Positions 1 to 8,275 of a DNA stretch of 13,731 nt are shown here, piece by piece. Position 1 is the first letter of the stretch. Each line of letters begins with the position of its first letter. Location of the stretch: NCBI GenBank assembly GCA_964247135.1, contig CAXTTL010000131.1:1-13731 (forward strand), in the 5' to 3' direction. Position numbers and translations under genes: made by a program. Under the pieces are notes generated by a model. It was not told where the DNA came from and made no database searches. It saw only the letters and a list, made by a program, of their open reading frames with translations. The stretch is from an uncultured Deinococcales bacterium. Its GTDB lineage: Bacteria; Deinococcota; Deinococci; Deinococcales; JAAFIG01.

Positions 1-44
1 AGCCTCATGCGGTTGTGCGTGGGAATGATGACGCTTAAAACCAT
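1..44 (-). CDS. Glycosyltransferase family 2 protein, N-terminal fragment (runs off the left edge)
   Basis: Not in the ORF track. Reverse complement from ATG at 44 reads MVLSVIIPTHNRMR, the classic GT2 N-terminal motif (SVIIPxxN). TAGACT (56-51) lies 6 nt upstream, a leaderless start. Confidence 0.8.
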   Translation of the reverse strand, partial: MVLSVIIPTHNRMR

Positions 45-83
45 ATTTTCAGTCTACGGCAATGTGCCACTCGAGTTTGGGGC

Positions 84-120
84 AACAAAAGTTCCCCCAG
101 CCTGGGAGGGCACTGGGGGA
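84..120 (-). terminator. Intrinsic terminator of hsp20
   Basis: Inverted repeat TCCCCCAG (93-100) / CTGGGGGA (113-120), followed on the minus strand by TTTTGTT, about 30 nt after the hsp20 stop. Confidence 0.7.
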
Positions 121-148
121 TTCAGGGGAATCAGAAAAGAAGGCGGGT

Positions 149-589
149 TTAAGCGTTCAGGCTGGGCACGCCAGCAACAGTGATTTTCTTGGCGGTGGAC
201 TCTGGGGCTTTCATGAGCTTGACGGTCAAGACACCATCCTCGAGTTTGGCTTCGATGCCCTCGTGCGAGAGGCGTTCAGGCAGGTTGATCTGGCGTTTGA
301 CTTCGCCCTCGGTGCGTTCGCGCCACAAGTACTTCACGCCTTCGGGCAATGCCTCGGCTTGGGTCTTGGCGCTCAAGGTCAAGACGCTTTTCTCGAGGTT
401 CAGGTCGAGGTTTTCGGCTTTCACGCCTGGCAAGTTAACGCGCACCAACAGGTGATCGGCTGCCTCGAGCACATCGACGCCAGTGTTGGCGGTGTTGCGT
501 GGGGTTTGGGTGTTCTCGAGGTTTGAAAGTACCTCGTCCATGAGTTTCCAGGGGTTGACGGCGCGACTGTTCATTTGACGGTACAACAT
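149..589 (-). CDS. hsp20: Small heat shock protein (Hsp20/alpha-crystallin family)
   Basis: 146 aa with VDVLE..LLVRVNLPGV, ER..GEVKRQINLP and IEAKLEDGVLTVKL motifs plus a C-terminal I-x-V (KITV). SD AAGGAG lies upstream. Confidence 0.95.
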   Translation of the reverse strand: MLYRQMNSRAVNPWKLMDEVLSNLENTQTPRNTANTGVDVLEAADHLLVRVNLPGVKAENLDLNLEKSVLTLSAKTQAEALPEGVKYLWRERTEGEVKRQINLPERLSHEGIEAKLEDGVLTVKLMKAPESTAKKITVAGVPSLNA

Positions 590-660
590 AATTTTCTCCT
601 TTTATTTGGGCTGTTTGGTAACTCGCCCACTTCTTGAGATGAATTAAAGCACACAATAAA

Positions 661-681
661 CTTGAGCGTTGTGCACTCAAT
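661..681. promoter_or_regulatory. HAIR operator (HspR-associated inverted repeat) upstream of hsp20
   Basis: CTTGAGC-GTTGTGC-ACTCAAT against consensus CTTGAGT-N7-ACTCAAG: 12/14 match with the exact 7-bp spacer, about 70 nt upstream of a heat-shock gene. Confidence 0.85.
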
Positions 682-1176
682 TACATTGCAGAATTTAAAG
701 TATTAAATTTGCTGTCTAATCGATTGAAACACCTGGTGATACAAAACTAAAGATAACGCTATTGAACACACAAGCAATCACTCCGAGAAACATAACTTGA
801 AACTGTGATGCCTTGAATTTGTGACCACGCTGTGACCGATCAAGAAGCATAGTGAACCCAGGCTCGAGATGAACTTGAACCCGAAAGGAGGGTAGCTTCG
901 ATTCATTCCAGGGTCTCAGTGTCTCAGGTTGAGGGCTTTAATGACGTTTTCAAGTTCGACTGAGACAGTGCGGAGCAAATGATTGGTTTTTGGAGAAATT
1001 CGCTCAAGAGAACCTTAAATTGTGCTGCGAAGGTGAGCACAGCGATCCAAAGTGTTCGTTACAGCTTGTGGCTTGAATCTCGAGAATCCCAATGTGTGAA
1101 GCCGAAACTTGCTCAATCTCGAGGTTGAAATCCACGAATCCCTTAAAAATTGAAAACTTCACTTCTAGGAGCAATC

Positions 1177-2970
1177 ATGAAGAACCTTGTTTTTTGGCGC
1201 TCAAGTACCATAGCGCTCATTGGAATCGGTTTGGCTTTTCTGGGCTGGAGGGCTTTTGCCGATGAACGAATTGCCTCAACGCCAATTGGACCAAACATGG
1301 TCAAGTACAGGATTGACGAGCCAAATGTCAGGCAGCCATCCACCGATTATCAAAGTCTTGTCTTTAAGCCTGGAGATCGCGTGACCATCAATGCCGGTGG
1401 CTGCGTTCAAACGGGTGGGCATGGCAGAACCTGGAAACGCTATGTCAATCCAGGTGGTTCAAATTCTGATCGTCTTTATCACGGTCTGATCTGGATTCCA
1501 GGTGCGACCGGCAGCCTGGTGCGAATTCAAAGTGTGATTGGACGAACCCTCACGATTCCACTCAATATCGGTACCGCCGACCTCTTTTTGCGGCTCGGAT
1601 ATGAAGATGACGGTTACGGCGACAACAGTTACAAAGACCACGATGACGGCACCGACGATCAGTGCAAAAACGTTGGCGCGGCATGGGTCGAGCTGACCGT
1701 TGAACACAAACCAAATGACACAACCACAGCACCGCCACCGTTGCCATTTGATCTGTCTCTCGCACCAATCGATGATAATTTTCTGCCCATCAATGCCAAA
1801 TGGGGTTGGCAAATCACAAACCCAGGTCAACTTCCCGACCCAGAGGTGCAATGCGCTGGGCAGCCAGACAAGAACCCCTGCACCAATCAGGCAACCTCTC
1901 GAGACTCGTGGTCATTCATTTGTGGACCTCATGCCAATTGGTTTCCAGCCACCTATGAGGGGACCTTGAGCTGGGAATCACACTCGGCTCCGATCAAAGA
2001 TGACGACTATAACCTGCGGCTTAAACGCGATGACAAAGCCGCTTTAACCAAGAACGATGAAACCAAAGGACAGTTGCTCGAGTTTTCATCGGACGAAACG
2101 ATAGATCATTTCAAAACCCCCTGGTGGGATGGTTTCCACAAGGCGGTGGACAAGAGCGATGCTGCCGCCCACGCGCTGGTCGATGGGCGTTTTGCGATTG
2201 TCACAGGGTTGGTCGGTCTGGACTGCGAGCACTCATGCGGTTCAGAATTGCACCCCGTTTACGCGATGGCAATTCGTGTCAAGGACGATCCTTCGGATGA
2301 GGTCTGGGCGATCATGGTGCGCAATTGGGGCAATGAAGGTTTTTGCAGCTCCGATCAGCACCTGCTGCCATTAAAGACGTTCAGTTTTCGTCTTCCCTGG
2401 CGAGCAGGTGCAACGCAAGTGACCTCCGTTCAAGGAACGCAATTTCTCTCGAATGACCCACAAGCCAGTGGTCCCAGCATGAGTGCCGCCGTCAATCAGG
2501 GCGTGTTGGCAAGTTTTACGATGTCTGACCCACACGAGGATGGCACACGCATCAATGGTGAACTCCATTTGCGCTGGTCAGCGCCTGCGGGAATATCAAT
2601 GCGACTTCCGATCAGGGCGATCCCACCTGGTCCCGTCACACTTCCCGTAGAAACCGAAGACGATGCCGAAGCAAAATTTGGCGCACTGGTTACGAACATG
2701 CCCAAACAGGCACGTACCGCCCTGCTTGCCAATATTGCAAAAAAGAACATCGCTCAAGATCAAACAAAGTTTGCAGCCAAAGCACTCGTCAGTGTCTCCA
2801 ACTTGCCAGCCTTAAATGTTTCAAGACTGCGGACAACTCAGATAAGAACCCAGGCTGTTCCCGCAATACGTTGGGTTAAACACCGCCAACAATTGCTCAA
2901 AGCGGTCTGTGCAGCATACGGTGGCAAACTCGAGGGTTTCCCCGCTGGGGCTTGCGACGGCGTGAAGTAG
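1177..2970 (+). CDS. Secreted Cys-rich hypothetical protein (about 597 aa), possible N-terminal LecA/PA-IL-like beta-sandwich
   Basis: Long ORF. Start moved from TTG 1150 to ATG 1177 because TAGGAG precedes it. Signal peptide MKNLVFWRSSTIALIGIGLAFLGWRAFA-DE, 10 Cys, and FKPGDRVTINAGG / LRLGYEDDGYGDN segments reminiscent of PA-IL-like lectin folds (not verified). Confidence 0.8.
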   Translation: MKNLVFWRSSTIALIGIGLAFLGWRAFADERIASTPIGPNMVKYRIDEPNVRQPSTDYQSLVFKPGDRVTINAGGCVQTGGHGRTWKRYVNPGGSNSDRLYHGLIWIPGATGSLVRIQSVIGRTLTIPLNIGTADLFLRLGYEDDGYGDNSYKDHDDGTDDQCKNVGAAWVELTVEHKPNDTTTAPPPLPFDLSLAPIDDNFLPINAKWGWQITNPGQLPDPEVQCAGQPDKNPCTNQATSRDSWSFICGPHANWFPATYEGTLSWESHSAPIKDDDYNLRLKRDDKAALTKNDETKGQLLEFSSDETIDHFKTPWWDGFHKAVDKSDAAAHALVDGRFAIVTGLVGLDCEHSCGSELHPVYAMAIRVKDDPSDEVWAIMVRNWGNEGFCSSDQHLLPLKTFSFRLPWRAGATQVTSVQGTQFLSNDPQASGPSMSAAVNQGVLASFTMSDPHEDGTRINGELHLRWSAPAGISMRLPIRAIPPGPVTLPVETEDDAEAKFGALVTNMPKQARTALLANIAKKNIAQDQTKFAAKALVSVSNLPALNVSRLRTTQIRTQAVPAIRWVKHRQQLLKAVCAAYGGKLEGFPAGACDGVK

Positions 2971-3011
2971 GGGCATTGCAATGTAAAAACGTGATGCAAT
3001 CGGCTGAAGCC

Positions 3012-3044
3012 AAGAAAAAAGCTCGAGCCGTAAAGCTCGAGCTT
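3012..3044 (-). terminator. Intrinsic terminator with a stem made of two CTCGAG copies
   Basis: AAGCTCGAGC-CGTAAA-GCTCGAGCTT (3019-3044) flanked by AAGAAAAAA, a U-tract on the minus strand. It lies between convergent stops at 2970 and 3063. Confidence 0.7.
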
Positions 3045-3062
3045 CCCAAAATATTTTGATCT

Positions 3063-3377
3063 TTAGCTTGGCAAGATGGTGGTGTTCGTCGTACCGCCCG
3101 TGGTGGCACTTGGGTTCTTTTCGATGAAATCATCGATTTTTAAAACCAATTGGCGCATCGCCTCTTGCACCGCCGCCGCAACTTCCCGCGCCATGCGAAT
3201 GTCGTGACCCGTGTTCAACTCGGCAACGTTGACTTGCAATTGGTCGCCGTCCACCGTGATCTCGAGACCAAAACGTGGAATGAGCGCGGTCGCAACGGCT
3301 TGGGCGCTGTTCATGTCGGTCGCCATCGCCATGAGTGTGCCTTCTTTGAGTGATTTCAGTGGGTTTGTGGGTTGCAT
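3063..3377 (-). CDS. Hypothetical protein (about 104 aa)
   Basis: ATG 3377 is preceded by SD AAAGGA, the composition is protein-like (alpha/beta) and a terminator follows. No family recognised. Confidence 0.7.
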   Translation of the reverse strand: MQPTNPLKSLKEGTLMAMATDMNSAQAVATALIPRFGLEITVDGDQLQVNVAELNTGHDIRMAREVAAAVQEAMRQLVLKIDDFIEKNPSATTGGTTNTTILPS

Positions 3378-3513
3378 GAATAATCCTTTCAAAACTGCTT
3401 AAAAGTCTCGAGCGACCATGCCCGTAAGGTGCATCATATGGTCAAGACAGCGAGCTTACCGTGTCAGGGTGAGGATTCACAAGGAGGGAATTCTCGAGAA
3501 GAGATCAAATGGC

Positions 3514-3541
3514 GTCGGGGCGAGACGCGTCTCACCCCGAC
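3514..3541. repeat. GC-rich palindromic hairpin (REP-like or 3' stem of the carboxypeptidase mRNA)
   Basis: GTCGGGGCGAGAC-GC-GTCTCACCCCGAC. The 13-nt arms pair fully on the minus strand with one G:U, about 22 nt after the carboxypeptidase stop. No clear U-tract. Confidence 0.55.
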
Positions 3542-3563
3542 AGAATACGTACTTCTCGAGCTT

Positions 3564-5063
3564 TCAAAGTCCGTACAAATCACTGAATTTGCTTTTCAAA
3601 TACGCCACATACGGTTTTGCGGTCAGTGGTTTCCCCGTGGCTCGAGCGATCAATTCTGGTGGTAGGTAGGTTTTGCCGTACTGGTGAACGTGCTCAATCA
3701 ACCAACCCAGTAAGGGCGCGTATTGCCCCGCCGCGAACATGCCGTTCAGGTCGCCCAGGGTTTCTTTGGCGGTCTCGAGCAATTGCACGCTTAAAATGTT
3801 GCCCAAACTGTAGGTCGGGAAGTACGCGAACAGCGCCTCAGACCAGTGAACGTCTTGCATCACACCATTGGCATCGTTTGGCGGGGTAATGCCGAGGTAT
3901 TCCTGCATTTTGGCATTCCAGGCTTCGGGGAGTTCTGAAACCTTCAACTTCCCTTCAAAGACCGCCAGCTCGAGTTCAAATCGCAGCATAATGTGCAGGT
4001 TATAGGTGATTTCGTCGGCTTCGACACGGATTAAACTGGGCTGCACACGGTTGACGAGCTTGTACATGGTTTCCGCGTCCACGTCGCGCAAACTTTCGGG
4101 AAAATAATTTTGCAATTTGGGAAACCAGTGCTGCCAGAAGGCTCGAGATCGTCCGACCAGATTCTCCCAAAGGCGCGATTGGCTTTCGTGAACGGTGCTC
4201 CAGCAACCTCGAGCCAGGGGGGTGCGGCGCAGGTGCTCGCCCGTGTTTTGCTCGTACATGGCGTGTCCAGCCTCGTGGAACGTGCCAAACAACGCCATTG
4301 GCAGGTAGTTGGGGTCGTAACGCGTGGTCATGCGCACGTCGTCTTTGGAAAAATTGATGGCGAACGGGTGCGCGGTCGGGTCGAGCCGTCCTCGGTTGAG
4401 GTCGTACCCAAAGGCTTGGGACACCTCGAGCGCGAAGGCTTTTTGTTTGTCGATGTCGTAATGACGTTTGAGGTTGCTGTAATCGGCAACCTCGCCTTTG
4501 GCGGCGATGGCTTTGACCAATGGCACGGTCTCGAGACGCAAATCGGCAAAAATCCCGCGAATGTCTTCGGTTTTTAAACCAGGGTCGTAATCCCAAAGGA
4601 GCGCGTCAAACGGATGCGCGGAACTGTCGTAGTAATTGGCGGCTTTGCCTGCCATTTCAAACATCTTCTCGAGGTGCGGCAAAAACGTTTTGAAATCGTT
4701 TTTGCCTCTGGCTTCCTGCCAAGCGTTGCTCGAGCGTGCCCTGGCTTGCGAGAACTCGGCAACGAATTCCGTGGGCAGTTTGCTCTTGCGGTCAAAATCG
4801 CGCCTGACCTGACGCAGAAGCGCACCCTCAAACGATTGTTGCTCGGCAAATTCTGGCTCGAGTTCGGAAAGCAATTCTTTCAACTGCGGCGCCGTACCTT
4901 TTTGATGGATGATGCGTGCCAGGGTTGCACCTTGCAGCGCTCGGGTTTCAATGCCACCGCGCGGCATTTGGGTTTCCTTGTCCCAACTCAAGACGCTCGA
5001 GATGCCTGACAAGTCACTGATTTCGGCGAGCAAATTTTTAAACGTTTCAAGATTTTGGTTCAT
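3564..5063 (-). CDS. Carboxypeptidase, peptidase family M32 (carboxypeptidase Taq-like)
   Basis: 499 aa with M32 motifs HPF, DVRMTTRY, HEAGH (HExxH), HESQSR, IRVEADE, QDVHW and YFPTYSLG. Confidence 0.96.
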   Translation of the reverse strand: MNQNLETFKNLLAEISDLSGISSVLSWDKETQMPRGGIETRALQGATLARIIHQKGTAPQLKELLSELEPEFAEQQSFEGALLRQVRRDFDRKSKLPTEFVAEFSQARARSSNAWQEARGKNDFKTFLPHLEKMFEMAGKAANYYDSSAHPFDALLWDYDPGLKTEDIRGIFADLRLETVPLVKAIAAKGEVADYSNLKRHYDIDKQKAFALEVSQAFGYDLNRGRLDPTAHPFAINFSKDDVRMTTRYDPNYLPMALFGTFHEAGHAMYEQNTGEHLRRTPLARGCWSTVHESQSRLWENLVGRSRAFWQHWFPKLQNYFPESLRDVDAETMYKLVNRVQPSLIRVEADEITYNLHIMLRFELELAVFEGKLKVSELPEAWNAKMQEYLGITPPNDANGVMQDVHWSEALFAYFPTYSLGNILSVQLLETAKETLGDLNGMFAAGQYAPLLGWLIEHVHQYGKTYLPPELIARATGKPLTAKPYVAYLKSKFSDLYGL

Positions 5064-5109
5064 GACCCAGTCTACTCGAGCTTGTGTTTTGATGGCTTAA
5101 ATTGTCTTG

Positions 5110-5324
5110 TTTCCCACAAAATGCTGTATGGTTTCCGAATTTGGTTTGGGATAAGTTATCCACACCCTGATTCCAAATGCTGGGGATTGACAAGCAATTG
5201 CCCCAAGTGCTAAATCAAGATTTAAGTTGTTCTAAACAGTAAAAATCGATTTTTTGTTGCAGACAAAATCACTCGATTTAAGTTATCCACACCCGCATCA
5301 AACCTGTGGATAACTTGTGGATAA
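5110..5324. promoter_or_regulatory. DnaA-box cluster flanking an AT-rich segment (oriC-like or DnaA-titrating locus)
   Basis: Four perfect boxes: TTATCCACA at 5156-5164 and 5283-5291, TGTGGATAA at 5305-5313 and 5316-5324. Two degenerate boxes: TTTCCCACA 5110-5118 and TTGGGATAA 5146-5154. AT-rich core at about 5211-5282. Confidence 0.8.
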
Positions 5325-5327
5325 CTT

Positions 5328-5945
5328 TTAAGCTTGCGTCTCGAGCGCCATTTTGGCACGTTCGACAAATGCCCTGACCATCTGGTGGTCTTTGACTGCC
5401 GCCGAGGCTTCCACGCCGCTCGAAACATCGACGCCCCAAGGCTTGAGTTGCCGCACCGCTGCCGCCACATTCTGAGGATTCAACCCGCCCGCCAGCAACC
5501 AACGCCTGCCCCCGAGCTTTGCCGTCTCGAGTAACTTCCAATCGAAGGCTTGTCCAGAACCAGGATCAAGACCATCAATCAGCAAGGTGTCATGTTTTGG
5601 AAGCTCGAGGTTGGGCTTAAAACTGACCGCCCGAATCACTGGGCGTAACTTTGCCACCTGCGCGGCGAATTCATCCGATTCCTGACCATTGAGTTGCACC
5701 GCGCTCAACCCAACCTGCTCAACCGTCTCGAGAATCGTCTCAAAGCTGGCATTGCGAAACACACCAACCCGAGCCATGAACGGACTTAACGCACGGCTGA
5801 TTTCTTGCGCCCGAGGAAAAGCAAGAAAACGTTTTGTGCCAGGCACGAAATTCAAACCGAGCGCGTCAGCCCCAGCCTGTTCTGCAAAAAGTGCATCTTC
5901 GACTCGAGTGACGCCACAAATTTTGACCCGAATGGAAGGCAGCAT
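5328..5945 (-). CDS. trpF: Phosphoribosylanthranilate isomerase
   Basis: RVKICGVTRVEDA, GADALG, VGVF, GSGQAFDW, LAGGLNPQNV and GVDVSSGVE motifs. Leaderless TAGAAT-N6-ATG. Confidence 0.96.
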   Translation of the reverse strand: MLPSIRVKICGVTRVEDALFAEQAGADALGLNFVPGTKRFLAFPRAQEISRALSPFMARVGVFRNASFETILETVEQVGLSAVQLNGQESDEFAAQVAKLRPVIRAVSFKPNLELPKHDTLLIDGLDPGSGQAFDWKLLETAKLGGRRWLLAGGLNPQNVAAAVRQLKPWGVDVSSGVEASAAVKDHQMVRAFVERAKMALETQA

Positions 5946-6181
5946 GGTTTGATTCTATCTCGAGATGTGATTCAAAGTTGAAAGAACGAATTTCGGGCAA
6001 TAAAAAACGCGCCCGTTTAGGCGCTGATAAATAAAGGATACCAGGGAATGCACTATTCGTCAAGCACATGCACCTGAGTACCGTTTTTCACGTGTTATCG
6101 GTGCGCACGGCGCACCGAAGACCAATATCTCGAGATACAACGCACTTGCTCTGAAAGCCCTTAAACCAATAACCTGAACCC

Positions 6182-7084
6182 ATGACCGCCAAAAAACCAG
6201 CCAATCAAAAACCAAAAAACATCTCCCGAACCAAAACTTCAAGCTCGAGCCTCAAAACCAAAAGTGTCACCGTGGCGTTTCAGGGCGTTCCTGGGGCTTA
6301 CGGCGAGATTGCCGCGAACGCCAGCAGCCCGAACGCCGCGCCCAAGGGTTACACGACCTTTCACGAGGTGCTCGAGGCGGTGCGAATTGGCGAAACCAAT
6401 CTGGGGGTGATTCCAGTCGAAAACTCGTTGGCGGGCACGGTCTATCAGGCAATGGACTTGCTGCCCGAAACGGATTTGCACATCATCGGCGAGATCATTG
6501 TGCGCGTCAACCATCACCTGCTGGCATTGCCAGGGGTCAAACTCGAGCAGGTCAAACGTGTTCACTCGCACCCGCAGGCGCTGGCGCAAAGCGACGGATT
6601 TATTGCCAAGCACCACATGATCCCCATTGCGGCTTTTGATACCGCAGGCGCAGCCAGTGAGCTGATCGAACGCGGCGCAACCGACGAAGCGGTGATTGCC
6701 AGCAAACGCGCCGGCGAACTCTACGGCTTGACCGTGTTGGCGGCAGGCATCGAAGACGAAGACTTCAACTACACCCGCTTTCTGGTGCTGTCAAAACACG
6801 AAATCGAACCCCAAGACGTACCGTACAAAACCAGCCTGGTCTTTGCCGTGCGTCACACGCCAGGATTTCTGCTCGAGACGCTCAACCAATTAAAGGGCTT
6901 GAACCTCACCAAAATCGAGTCCCGTCCGCGCCGCGACCGCGCCTGGAGTTACCTGATTTACATCGACATCGAAGGTGACGCTCGAGAAACCCGCATCGCC
7001 CAAGCGCTGGTCGGTGTGCTGCAAAAAGCCAGTTTTGTGAAGGTGCTCGGCTCGTACCCGATGGCACTCGAGCCTGTGGGTTGA
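6182..7084 (+). CDS. pheA: Prephenate dehydratase (PDT + ACT domain)
   Basis: [36 protein letters not shown] and NLTKIESRP motifs. No chorismate mutase domain. Leaderless TAACCT-N6-ATG. Confidence 0.96.
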   Translation: MTAKKPANQKPKNISRTKTSSSSLKTKSVTVAFQGVPGAYGEIAANASSPNAAPKGYTTFHEVLEAVRIGETNLGVIPVENSLAGTVYQAMDLLPETDLHIIGEIIVRVNHHLLALPGVKLEQVKRVHSHPQALAQSDGFIAKHHMIPIAAFDTAGAASELIERGATDEAVIASKRAGELYGLTVLAAGIEDEDFNYTRFLVLSKHEIEPQDVPYKTSLVFAVRHTPGFLLETLNQLKGLNLTKIESRPRRDRAWSYLIYIDIEGDARETRIAQALVGVLQKASFVKVLGSYPMALEPVG

Positions 7085-7155
7085 AAGAAATTGCTCGAGC
7101 AGTCCAAACCGTTTTTTCACGTTTAAAACTGACAAAAGAGGGTAATCTAAGACCA

Positions 7156-8223
7156 ATGCGTCGTTTGATCCTTCCTTCCCTGGCACTCTTCACAGTGCTC
7201 TTTCTCGCCACCAGTTTCGCTTTTTCTTACACCGTCAAAGCGGGCGACACGCTTTACAGCATCGCCAGGAACTTTCGCACCACCGTCAGTGAACTCGAGC
7301 GGCTGAACAACCTCTCGAGCGCCACGGTCAAAATAGGGCAGGTGTTGACCATTCCCACCGTGACCAGCAGCAAACCTGCCCCCAACCTGACCCCAGGAAC
7401 TCGAGAAGCCACGTTTCAAGGGCAAACCAGCGCCAAAGTGATTCACCGTTTAAAAGCCGTCCCTGGCGACCCTGTGACTGTGCGGGTGCTCGGCGCCAAA
7501 GGCGGAGCGCCGATTGTCACCTGGGGTCCGCAACGCCCCGACGGCACGTTTGAAGAGTTGGTCATGACCCCCGACGGCAACGACTGGGTCGGCGTTGGGC
7601 GCGAACTGCTCGGCGAACCACCCAAAACCGTCAATCTGGAAACCAACATCGGCGTCGAAGCCATCACCTCGAGCGTTCAGTTGTTGCGCGACCCGCAAGG
7701 CATTCAAAACGTTTTTGTCAGCCAGCAGGTGCTCTCAACCGCCAACGACACCAACCGCGAACGCGAACTGGCGGTCTTAAACCCCGCCTACAAACAAAGC
7801 GAACTGACCCCTCGAGCCTTTTTTAAGCCGTGGACTGCGCCGATTAACAGCGCCCACATCAGCCCTTTTGGGCAAGCCAGACGTTACGAACGCGGTGGAG
7901 ACGTGAAATACCATTACGGCGAGGATTACGCGGGCAAAATCGGCGACCCGATCCGTGCCGCCAACGATGGCACGGTGGTCATTGCAGGGTTTTACGCGAT
8001 TCGCGGCGGTTTGACTGGCATCGACCACGGCGCGGGCATTGTCAGTCTGTACTTTCACCAATCCAAAATAAACGTGGTTATCGGGCAAAAAGTCACTCGA
8101 GGTGAAATCATCGGTTTGGTAGGCGGGACGGGTTTTGTGACCGGTCCGCACCTGCACTTTGAAATGCGCGTCCGGGGCGAAGCCACCGACCCAAAACAGT
8201 GGATCGGCAAAATTTTCCCTTAA
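7156..8223 (+). CDS. LysM-domain M23 family peptidoglycan endopeptidase
   Basis: Start reassigned to ATG 7156 (MRRLILPSL... signal peptide; TAATCT-N7-ATG). LysM motif YTVKAGDTLYSIA..LNNL. M23 motifs HYGED (HxxxD) and TGPHLHFE. Confidence 0.93.
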   Translation: MRRLILPSLALFTVLFLATSFAFSYTVKAGDTLYSIARNFRTTVSELERLNNLSSATVKIGQVLTIPTVTSSKPAPNLTPGTREATFQGQTSAKVIHRLKAVPGDPVTVRVLGAKGGAPIVTWGPQRPDGTFEELVMTPDGNDWVGVGRELLGEPPKTVNLETNIGVEAITSSVQLLRDPQGIQNVFVSQQVLSTANDTNRERELAVLNPAYKQSELTPRAFFKPWTAPINSAHISPFGQARRYERGGDVKYHYGEDYAGKIGDPIRAANDGTVVIAGFYAIRGGLTGIDHGAGIVSLYFHQSKINVVIGQKVTRGEIIGLVGGTGFVTGPHLHFEMRVRGEATDPKQWIGKIFP

Positions 8224-8275
8224 AACCTCGAGCGCATCAGTTTTTTTTCTCATCTGAAACGATAAAATAACCTTT

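Noticed and set aside
62-526. 154-aa plus-strand ORF and other antisense or overlapping ORFs (e.g. 4000-4596, 4110-4577, 7777-8514, 10333-10854)
   Set aside because: They are shadows of well-supported genes on the other strand or frame, with no motifs or start signals.
5152-5324. CRISPR array or plasmid iterons
   Set aside because: The repeats are 9-16 bp DnaA boxes in both orientations with irregular spacing, and there is no cas or rep gene.
5946-6181. T-box or leader-peptide attenuator for trpF or pheA
   Set aside because: No T-box motif and no Trp- or Phe-rich leader peptide, and both genes look leaderless.
7081-7155. TTG-initiated N-terminal extension of the M23 peptidase
   Set aside because: ATG 7156 gives a normal signal peptide and has a -10 element 7 nt upstream.
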